32,000 nt of DNA from Erysipelothrix larvae (lineage in GTDB: Bacteria > Bacillota_I > Bacilli_A > Erysipelotrichales > Erysipelotrichaceae): positions 1,470,001-1,502,000 of the forward strand of contig NZ_CP013213.1 in assembly GCF_001545095.1 (NCBI RefSeq). The letters run 5' to 3'. How positions within the stretch are numbered: position 1 is the first letter of the stretch; each line of letters opens with the position of its first letter. The notes below the pieces were generated by a model, which ran no database searches, was not told where the DNA came from, and was given only the letters and a program-made list of their open reading frames with translations. Shown here in pieces: positions 8,860-16,397 of the stretch. The position numbers were made by a program, and so were the translations under genes.

Positions 8860-8918
8860 TTTATACTACTTTAGATTATTATACTTTAAAGTAGTATAAA
8901 TATCAATTCATATACTAC
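8860..8918. promoter_or_regulatory. Operator-like palindromes overlapping that promoter (three TATACTAC half-sites)
   Basis: A perfect 14-bp inverted repeat, TTTATACTACTTTA (8860-8873) and TAAAGTAGTATAAA (8887-8900), has one arm in the promoter spacer and the other over the predicted transcription start. A third half-site TATACTAC (8911-8918) forms a second palindrome with GTAGTATA (8891-8898), and that palindrome spans the -35. Confidence 0.5.
8878..8906 (-). promoter_or_regulatory. Sigma-A-type promoter of the ATPase gene: TTGATA, 17-nt spacer, TATAAT
   Basis: On the minus strand the -35 TTGATA is at 8906-8901 and a perfect -10 TATAAT is at 8883-8878, with an exact 17-nt spacer. The -10 ends about 32 nt upstream of ATG 8846, and the RBS is at 8851-8857. 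Confidence 0.6.
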
Positions 8919-9261
8919 CATTGATAATTTACAATTTTCAATTTATTATAATGGAATAACATCATCGATTATAATAGATAATAACAATAGCTTGTTTCAA
9001 AAGTAAAATGATCCCCAAAGGTTAACAAGGAATAAAGGAATTGGATGTTCACTCGTTTCATCGATAAACGAGAACATTCAAGTAAATGATGTATCACTGA
9101 GTAACACTTTTGAACTTAGCATGCAAGCAGAGTACTTTAATTCTTGATATTGAAATAATGATTAACATTTTAAATCATAGTCAGTATACCAATCAAATGA
9201 GTAAACTTCCCAATACTTGAAAGACTTCTTCTCTTTTTTTGTGTAATAAAAACCAATCATC

Positions 9262-9294
9262 CAAAAAAAGACTTCCTAAACGAGCGAAGTCTTT
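9262..9294 (-). terminator. Rho-independent terminator at the end of the LRR operon
   Basis: On the minus strand, AAAGACTTC (9294-9286) pairs with GAAGTCTTT (9275-9267) across a 10-nt loop. The stem runs into a T7 run (complement of 9263-9269). It starts about 38 nt after the stop at 9332. Confidence 0.7.
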
Positions 9295-9331
9295 ATTATC
9301 TATTCTCTGTAGGAAACTAATGTCACCTGTT

Positions 9332-9640
9332 TTATTCATCTAGCGTTATAAATTCATTATTCTCATTAACGATCAATGTTCTCACATCGTGTTTATTCAA
9401 ACGATAGAAGATACCGTTGTATTTCACTCCATCAATCTCAACTTCAGTGCCACGACCACTCACAATTACCGATTTTGCATAACTCACGACAAAATCTTTG
9501 ATGATTGTGATGTAGTCATCCAACTTATCTGTGTATACATCATACAGACTCGAGAACTGTGAATCCATACATAGATCCTCATCATCGTCAAATGACGCAT
9601 ACTCTGGAATATATTGATAATATTCTGTATGATTTTCCAT
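9332..9640 (-). CDS. Hypothetical small acidic protein (102 aa); possibly the surviving 3' part of a decayed longer gene
   Basis: The ORF has plausible protein composition (MENHTEYYQYIPEYASFDDDEDL...GVKYNGIFYRLNKHDVRTLIV). It is the last ORF before the terminator. The same frame continues upstream with protein-like sequence but is broken by stops (see findings). Confidence 0.45.
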   Translation of the reverse strand: MENHTEYYQYIPEYASFDDDEDLCMDSQFSSLYDVYTDKLDDYITIIKDFVVSYAKSVIVSGRGTEVEIDGVKYNGIFYRLNKHDVRTLIVNENNEFITLDE

Positions 9641-9958
9641 ATCTTTGAGTTCTTGATATGATTTACCAACAAAAACTCGTTCATCAAGGAAACAAGCATA
9701 TTCATCGTAAGATCAAAATCGTCATTATCATCCCAATCTTTTAAATGCCACAATAGCATGGTATGCGGTTTCACAAAACTCAAGGTTAACATACAGTATT
9801 TTATCACCATCTGAAACTCCCTGCAATTCAGAAATGATTCCACCAATATCATTAAAAGAATCAATTCATTCATCATACTCATCATATTTCCAGTTATCTG
9901 TAAGCTTGAAGACTTCTTTTTTGTTGGGAAAGGTCAATTACGTATTTGGTGTTTTCTT

Positions 9959-11770
9959 TCATTTTTTTACTCCATAACTTCTTACTGCCCGTGATTTCTT
10001 GACATTTCTAACGATCGTATAATCGTTTATCATTTCATTTTGAACTTCATCGATTGATTTTGACCTACCACTTTCAAGTGAGTCCTTTTCAATATCTTTA
10101 GGTGTATCCCCTTCAATATCCTCTAGTGTATCTTCTTCAATATCTTCAAGTGTATCCTCTTCAATATCCTCAAGTGTATCCTCTTCAATATCCTCAAGTG
10201 TATCCTCTTCAATATCCTCAAGTGTATCCTCTTCAATATCCTCAAGTGTATCCTCTTCAATATCCTCAAGTGTATCCTCTTCAATATCCTCAAGTGTATC
10301 CTCTTCAATATCCTCAAGTGTATCCTCTTCAATATCCTCAAGTGTATCCTCTTCAATATCCTCAAGTGTATCCTCTTCAATATCCTCAAGTGTATCCTCT
10401 TCAATATCCTCAAGTGTATCCTCTTCAATATCCTCAAGTGTATCCTCTTCAATATCCTCAAGTGTATCCTCTTCAATAATTTCAGGAGCTTCAGTCTCCT
10501 TTTGATCATTATTACCAATGTCACTCTTATTTTCTGACCGCTTCTTGCTGGTTGAAGCATGTGCTTTTCCAGCTTCTGTATTTGAAGAAAGATAGTTGAC
10601 TGAGATTGTCGCTTTCACTGATTTTGCATATTCAAAATACTCATCAATCACTTGTGCGTCAAGATATCCTGCTTTATTCATAATCTCTAAGAATTCTATT
10701 TTCTTATCTTTGATGGCTTTCTTGATAACTTTAACAAGCTCAGGATCATCCTTTGATAGCTTGCTAAAATTATAATCAAGATAAAGGGATCTCAATACAT
10801 TCAATGCATTTTGTTGTAGTATGTGCCGAAGTAATTTTATTTCTTGTTTTTCAGTAAGTCGACTCACTTCATTTGGAGGTCTAGAGTCCTTGAAAATAAT
10901 ATTGGGATTGCAATTTTTTAGTGTATCTGCAGTGATATTAGTAAATGAAGCGAGTATTAAGGTTTCAAGATTTCTACATTCTGAAAAGCAATTCTCTTTT
11001 AGAATTGTGTGTTTACCCATGACTTCAACACGTTCTAATGCAGTACAATGCATAAAACTTTGATATTCTACTAACTTTGTCTTCTCAGTAATAACGATTG
11101 ATTTTATGGTTTTATTTCTTGAATACGACGAGTGATCAATTCTATCAAATATACTGTTAACAGCTTCCACATGCTCAGCACCAACAATTGATGCCGAAAT
11201 ACCATTAGTAACAACCAACTGCGATATTTCACTAGAGTTCGTGAATGCTGTAAAACTGTCAAACGCATCATTTCCAAGATGTTGAATATTTACTGGAAGT
11301 CTAACCTCATCAAGATCAAAACAGTAATTAAATGCTCCCCAATGAATTGCAGTTATACTATCAGGTAAAATCACTTTTCTTAACGCGTCGTCAAATTTAC
11401 ACATATCGCTACTGATTTCTTGCAATCCATCAGGAAAAACGATTGACTCTAAACTTTTGCAAAAGCAAAATGCGGAAGAGTCGATCTGCTTGACCGAATT
11501 TGGAATTATCATTGAAATCAGCTTACTACAACTCTCAAATGCACTTTGACGTATTATTCTTAGTGTGCTAGGAAGCACGATTTCGCTAAAATTACTTTCT
11601 CTGAAAGCTTCTTCTCCAATTTCTTCAACAGGTAATCCTTCAATCTTACTCGGGATAACTAATTTCCCATCTTTTTTGCTCCCTTTGTAGCCTAGAATAG
11701 AAATCATCTTACCATTATTATCGTAATTGAAGTCTTTAGCATTGCTCTTATCTTTCTTCCAAAATAACAT
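9959..11770 (-). CDS. BspA-type leucine-rich repeat (LRR_5) protein without signal peptide, with a C-terminal acidic (EDTLEDIE)n repeat tract, 603 aa
   Basis: Repeated IP.SV..I...AF..C..L..I.LP units are present, for example IPNSVKQIDSSAFCFCKSLESIVFPDGLQEISSDMC and ILPDSITAIHWGAFNYCFDLDEVRLP. The N-terminus MLFWKKDKSNAKDFNYDN is hydrophilic. The tandem-repeat tract lies near the C-terminus. Confidence 0.88.
   Translation of the reverse strand: MLFWKKDKSNAKDFNYDNNGKMISILGYKGSKKDGKLVIPSKIEGLPVEEIGEEAFRESNFSEIVLPSTLRIIRQSAFESCSKLISMIIPNSVKQIDSSAFCFCKSLESIVFPDGLQEISSDMCKFDDALRKVILPDSITAIHWGAFNYCFDLDEVRLPVNIQHLGNDAFDSFTAFTNSSEISQLVVTNGISASIVGAEHVEAVNSIFDRIDHSSYSRNKTIKSIVITEKTKLVEYQSFMHCTALERVEVMGKHTILKENCFSECRNLETLILASFTNITADTLKNCNPNIIFKDSRPPNEVSRLTEKQEIKLLRHILQQNALNVLRSLYLDYNFSKLSKDDPELVKVIKKAIKDKKIEFLEIMNKAGYLDAQVIDEYFEYAKSVKATISVNYLSSNTEAGKAHASTSKKRSENKSDIGNNDQKETEAPEIIEEDTLEDIEEDTLEDIEEDTLEDIEEDTLEDIEEDTLEDIEEDTLEDIEEDTLEDIEEDTLEDIEEDTLEDIEEDTLEDIEEDTLEDIEEDTLEDIEEDTLEDIEEDTLEDIEEDTLEDIEGDTPKDIEKDSLESGRSKSIDEVQNEMINDYTIVRNVKKSRAVRSYGVKK
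10081..10478. repeat. 24-bp tandem repeat (VNTR) inside the LRR gene, about 16.5 copies, 13 of them perfect
   Basis: The unit GTGTATCCTCTTCAATATCCTCAA starts every 24 nt from 10102 to 10462. Units at 10150-10461 are identical. Units at 10102 and 10126 and the flank 10081-10101 are degenerate. Each unit encodes EDTLEDIE on the minus strand, and the unit length is a multiple of 3. Confidence 0.97.
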
Positions 11771-11791
11771 TCTAGTTTTACCTTTCTTTAA

Positions 11792-12904
11792 TTATGAGTA
11801 GTGAGTCTTAACTACTTCAATTCTCATTAACCATTCTTTTATAAATGATATCATTTCATTTCTTTCAACCACTCCCTCAAGATTCACAAACACCACGTAT
11901 GCAAAGTCATTGGATTCAATCACTATGTTTATGCCTCTTTTTCGTTTCAAATCAGACATAATATGAAATTTAAGTTCATTGTTTTCAACGACAATAACGT
12001 CAAGGGCATAGTAAGATTGTCTTAAACTTATAATGAAATCTCGAATCAATTTCTCGTTCTTATATGGAAGAGGTTTATACGAAGGAGTTCGTCTTATGTA
12101 GTCACTAACATATTCGGGATTAAAAACCACACAAACCAATTTACTAAGCTGGGTGATTGATGAAAGCGTGCCAGTAAAATCAGATTGAATCATTACAAAA
12201 GGATACGTAGTTTTGCTGCTTTGATTATCTTCCAATGCAATGTTATTGTAAGAATCAAATCCGTTTAGTAAAGGAATCTTTAAATGATCATCGAGATTGC
12301 AAAAATCATTATCACGCTTCATTGATTTAATGATTGCAGTGAATGAGTTGATTGCGTTATTCTCTTCCTTAACAATTGATGCGGATGAGATCCAACGCTC
12401 CATTACTTCAAGGATATCCTTGTACTTGATACTGTTTAGCACAATAGTTCCTTGATAAAGCTTATTAGAGACATGAAATGCAAATGGAACACTATGATCA
12501 TCTAAGATAACAAAGCTGACTTTTATTTCCCCATAGAGTTGACGAACTTTTATGACTTCATCTGTTCCCCTTTTTGATTCTAACTCAAGGCGATCATACA
12601 ATTCATCCTCAATTTGATCTCTATCCTTCGCTTCATATTCTATTGGACTCAAAAAATGAATTATATCTGCAGATTTATCAGTATCGTCAATGGTTGAAGC
12701 CAAAGTTATAGAGCCATCATCAGATTTTGATTTATCATAGTACATTGACTCTGGTATATTAATGACGAAATCATGGTCAAACTGAAGTTGATATGGACCT
12801 GGAGCAAAACGCGATGACACTCGGTCCTCTCGATGATTAATAAACTCTATATTTTCAGAAACACATTCATTTTTTAGAGATAATATATATTGCTTCCCTA
12901 CCAT
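11792..12904 (-). CDS. Hypothetical protein, 370 aa, no recognisable motif
   Basis: This long ORF sits in the operon. Its ATG shares one base with the upstream stop (TAATG at 12904). The next gene starts 21 nt downstream. There is no signal peptide or TM segment at the N-terminus. Confidence 0.8.
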   Translation of the reverse strand: MVGKQYILSLKNECVSENIEFINHREDRVSSRFAPGPYQLQFDHDFVINIPESMYYDKSKSDDGSITLASTIDDTDKSADIIHFLSPIEYEAKDRDQIEDELYDRLELESKRGTDEVIKVRQLYGEIKVSFVILDDHSVPFAFHVSNKLYQGTIVLNSIKYKDILEVMERWISSASIVKEENNAINSFTAIIKSMKRDNDFCNLDDHLKIPLLNGFDSYNNIALEDNQSSKTTYPFVMIQSDFTGTLSSITQLSKLVCVVFNPEYVSDYIRRTPSYKPLPYKNEKLIRDFIISLRQSYYALDVIVVENNELKFHIMSDLKRKRGINIVIESNDFAYVVFVNLEGVVERNEMISFIKEWLMRIEVVKTHYS

Positions 12905-14010
12905 TATAGCCCTCCTGTAACGTCTAATTGATTGGTGTTAATTGACTTTAAAATCTCCTTTACTCTATGAAGATTTACTGCTGTACCATCAAAAAATAAA
13001 TCGCCCTTGGAATTTACCCCCAATACACCATCATCTACTGTATAAATTGCCTTTATATCGGTCCATGTTTCATGTTCGATAATTGTAACATTGTTGTCTA
13101 GAAGAAAAGGTAAAACTTTTGACATAGAAGAAAGTGCAAAATAGTCTTCCTTCCATTTCTTATTCTTAAGCCTTTTAGGTCTATTGATGCAATAATCGTA
13201 GTTATCAACTATATTCATTAGGTGTGTATTAAATCCTCTGAATGTCGTCTTAAAATAGCCTATATTCTCTGAATTCTCGGTAAATATAGCAGGTTTATTC
13301 CTTTTACCAACCTTATCCATTTCGATCCTTACTTTGTAGAAGTAGGGACTCTTATCAGAATAACTTGCTAGAAAATTCTTGGAAAGGCTTGGAACAAAAA
13401 GTTTATTAAATGAAACTGGCATTCTCCAGTTGGTTCCTACTCTCCCAGTGACAACGACACTCCCATCAGATTGAAGGACCACAGTATTAAATTGTCCACA
13501 CGATATATCTACTACGTCTTCGAACTCGTCTAAATAGTAAATTTGGCCATTAATATTGCTTCCTCTTCCGATAAGTTTCCCATTCTTTAGTAATACAACC
13601 TCATGAACAGCACCGAAGGATTTTTTCTTTACGTCCTTCTCATCGAATTCTTGGTCAAAGTCACCAATAATGGCATTTTGAATATATTTTGGCATACTTT
13701 CCTGTGAATCTGTTATTTTCTCAGCAGGGAAACCATATAAATACGATGAGATGTAAGGGGAAGCATAAAAATCATCCACTTCCAACAAGAATACTGCTAA
13801 AGGGAAGAGTTTATACATATAGCTATCGCTGAACACATAACTTAAATCTTCGTAACCTGCATTTTGTAAGAAAATCGAATACTTAGATGCGTCAAAACCG
13901 ATTTTCTCAATCCTTCCCGTTTCTCCTAAGAATCCGAGTTTAATTAATCGCTCAATCTCAAGCGCTTCATAATCTGAGCAATACATTTCAAGGGAATTAT
14001 ACATTTCCAT
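12904..14010 (-). CDS. Hypothetical protein, 368 aa, with weak RCC1/beta-propeller-like repeat motifs
   Basis: The segments HEVVLLKNGKLIGRGSNINGQIY, ISCGQFNTVVLQSDGSVVVTGRVG and IYTVDDGVLGVNSKGDLFFDG resemble degenerate RCC1 blades. An AGAGGAG RBS lies 7 nt before ATG 14010. It overlaps the upstream gene by 14 nt. The domain call is tentative. Confidence 0.75.
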   Translation of the reverse strand: MEMYNSLEMYCSDYEALEIERLIKLGFLGETGRIEKIGFDASKYSIFLQNAGYEDLSYVFSDSYMYKLFPLAVFLLEVDDFYASPYISSYLYGFPAEKITDSQESMPKYIQNAIIGDFDQEFDEKDVKKKSFGAVHEVVLLKNGKLIGRGSNINGQIYYLDEFEDVVDISCGQFNTVVLQSDGSVVVTGRVGTNWRMPVSFNKLFVPSLSKNFLASYSDKSPYFYKVRIEMDKVGKRNKPAIFTENSENIGYFKTTFRGFNTHLMNIVDNYDYCINRPKRLKNKKWKEDYFALSSMSKVLPFLLDNNVTIIEHETWTDIKAIYTVDDGVLGVNSKGDLFFDGTAVNLHRVKEILKSINTNQLDVTGGL

Positions 14011-15736
14011 GATTGATCTCCTCTTTATTTATACCTGTCAATTTATTTCTATGTTTATGTTGCATTAAACTTACCAAAGCATTTGGATTCAGGAGATTCT
14101 TTGAATATTCAATGAAATAATCTATGTGCTCATCGGGCAACATGCCAAACTCACTCATTGAACCAATGAAGCCACCTCCATCACCGAATATTATATCCTC
14201 AATTAACAAGAAAAACGATTTCTCATTTACATCAAATTGACGAAACCCTTCTTTTTGATATAATGACCTAAAGATATTTATTTGTTCATTATTATAAAGA
14301 TTTTTAATCAGATTTATCTCACTTCTCGGTGATAAACTGTGTTTGTGATCATCAATGTTTTCGCTATCACATTCTACGATGAAATCAACTGCATTCTCAA
14401 AGCAAGTAGATTTTAGTCCATTGAAGGATTTAAACACAACAAGTTCTAATTCTCTATATGGCTCAAATGGTTCGATGTCAAACTTAATTTGCTCATTTTC
14501 CAGCGTTAATTTCTTTACCCATTTTACCTCCATGCTGTTTTGATAATTCACACCTAGTTTTTTTACATTTTCGCTATATACTAAAGCTGTTACGTTGGGA
14601 TGCTTTTCAGAACGGAAATCTTGTGCCCTTTCCTGTGTCATTATTACTTGGTTACCAACTATGGTTTCAACTGGTGTACTCAACTGCTCCTTTACTTTCT
14701 TGTTAAGAATCTGGTCAACATTTCCAAATTGAATCGAGGTATCAAATGCTTCAATATCAATGCTTTTTACCTTACTTGGAATTGAAATAAAATTGAGACA
14801 TTCACAGCCAATAAACGCACTTCGATAAATGTGAGAGAGTGATGTTGGAAGGATTACAGTGTGAAGACTTTTACATTCTTGAAATGCTCTATATCCAATC
14901 TCATGGACATTATCTGGTATTATAATCTCTTTTAGAGAAGAACATTGATAAAAAGAAGCAAAGCAAATATATTCTAATTGATTCCCTAATTCAATTTGAA
15001 TCAGTGCACTACATAGGGCAAATGAATAATCGCTGATTGTTTTGACATTATCTGGTATCTTGATTTCCTCGATCGATTCACAATAATAAAATAAATGATC
15101 ACTAATAACTTCAAGTTTGTTAGGCAATGTGACATTCTTAAGAGATTTACAATCTCTAAATACTGAATTACCAATTTCAATAACAGAATCCGGTATAATA
15201 ATTTCAGTAAGTGAAACACAACTCGAAAAAGCAAGTTTCGAAATAGTTTCTAGTGATTGCGGAAGGATAACCTCTCGCAACTTAACACAATTAAGACATA
15301 CCTCTACTCCTAATTGTACGAGGCCATCTTCGAACATTACCGACTCCAGACTTTGACAATTCGAAAAAGTTCTATATAATGAACTGACGCCTCCAGGTAC
15401 CACTATCTCCTTTAATCCAGATTCAGCAAATGCAGAACTACCAATTTCCAGTAGACTCTCTGATAAATAAATTTGCTCCAAATTACTACACTGATAAAAA
15501 GCTTTATTTTCGATGTGCGTAACTGTATCAGGAAGTATAACCTCCTTAACTAAAGCATTCTCAAAAGCATTTTTACATATATGTGTCACGGGGTATCCAT
15601 CTATCACTTCAGGAACGATAACTTTTTCTACTACTTTTTTTGGATCATTACCTTCAACGTAACGTTGAATTCTTATGGCCTCTCTATAATAACTATACGC
15701 AAAACTCCCATGACTGGTAATCTCAATTTTCGACAT
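13997..15736 (-). CDS. BspA-type leucine-rich repeat (LRR_5) protein without signal peptide, about 579 aa
   Basis: At least 10 consecutive units are present, such as ILPDTVTHIENKAFYQCSNLEQIYL, IIPDSVIEIGNSVFRDCKSLKNVTLP and IIPDNVHEIGYRAFQECKSLHTVILP. The start is set at ATG 15736 (MSKIEITSHG), with a GAGGA RBS 8 nt upstream, rather than the track start at 15763. The C-terminal approximately 110 aa aligns with the pre-repeat C-terminal region of the 603-aa LRR protein. Confidence 0.88.
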   Translation of the reverse strand: MSKIEITSHGSFAYSYYREAIRIQRYVEGNDPKKVVEKVIVPEVIDGYPVTHICKNAFENALVKEVILPDTVTHIENKAFYQCSNLEQIYLSESLLEIGSSAFAESGLKEIVVPGGVSSLYRTFSNCQSLESVMFEDGLVQLGVEVCLNCVKLREVILPQSLETISKLAFSSCVSLTEIIIPDSVIEIGNSVFRDCKSLKNVTLPNKLEVISDHLFYYCESIEEIKIPDNVKTISDYSFALCSALIQIELGNQLEYICFASFYQCSSLKEIIIPDNVHEIGYRAFQECKSLHTVILPTSLSHIYRSAFIGCECLNFISIPSKVKSIDIEAFDTSIQFGNVDQILNKKVKEQLSTPVETIVGNQVIMTQERAQDFRSEKHPNVTALVYSENVKKLGVNYQNSMEVKWVKKLTLENEQIKFDIEPFEPYRELELVVFKSFNGLKSTCFENAVDFIVECDSENIDDHKHSLSPRSEINLIKNLYNNEQINIFRSLYQKEGFRQFDVNEKSFFLLIEDIIFGDGGGFIGSMSEFGMLPDEHIDYFIEYSKNLLNPNALVSLMQHKHRNKLTGINKEEINHGNV

Positions 15737-16397
15737 ATTTCCCATCCTCTTCTCATGAAGCAATGACTTGCAAAAAAAGTGTCAATTCTATAACTTTCAA
15801 CTCTTGTAAGCGCTTAACTCAGTGTATTTATTAAACCCTCTATTATCATTCAAATTCAATTATTACATCAATTAATAACACTTTTTAAACAAAACACAGT
15901 TCATTCCATAATCATAGTTTTGCATATAATTTAACGAAAGTCAATTAATTATTTTTATAACTAAACGGTGTCATTGATTCATAAAATAATAATTATTTAC
16001 TAGGTTTTACACGTCCTTTACTCTAAAAATATACACCTTAATAACGATATACGAATGGAGCGATTATAGTGTCAATATAATTTATTCCACATGTATTTAT
16101 CGTTCATTATTTACCTAATTGCTTATATTATTTATGTATTATCCAAAAATATGTAAACAAACCTTCTCATACTAAAAACAACAAAATATCGATATGAGTC
16201 ATATTACATATAATTTTTATCCTGAAGAATCAATTTGGTTTCTGTATATACAAAAGTTTTCTTGCTTCCTAAGCCTAATATGGAATATTTATTGCATTAT
16301 TTATGTTTGTTAAAGAAACAGTACCACAAACGTTTACCACCCGACTGTTGTATTTGTTAATCTAAAAGTGGGCCAATTGTCAATTGAAAACAGTTGC

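Noticed and set aside
9713-9868. Possibility that the in-frame TGA codons mean TGA is read as Trp (genetic code 4, Mollicutes-like) in this organism.
   Set aside because: Very long ORFs (1712, 932 and 791 aa) are intact under the standard code and use TGG for Trp. TGA serves as a genuine stop for the 917-aa and 603-aa genes. A TAA also sits inside the stop cluster. Gene decay or separate small ORFs is the simpler reading.
9484-9885. Track ORF of 133 aa (MMSMMNELILLM...).
   Set aside because: It is Met/Leu/Trp-rich nonsense-like sequence, out of frame with the protein-like frame in the same region, and it overlaps the 102-aa ORF. It is probably a chance ORF in AT-rich DNA.
10102-10560. Track ORFs 10102-10479 (+, YPLQYPQV repeats) and 10123-10560 (-, ILKRIHLR repeats). 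I also considered whether the regular 24-bp array could be a CRISPR.
   Set aside because: Both ORFs are alternative-frame readings of the tandem repeat inside the 603-aa LRR gene, whose own frame is continuous with the flanking non-repeat sequence. The array has no spacers (units are directly adjacent), the unit is only 24 bp, and no cas genes are present. It is a coding VNTR, not a CRISPR.
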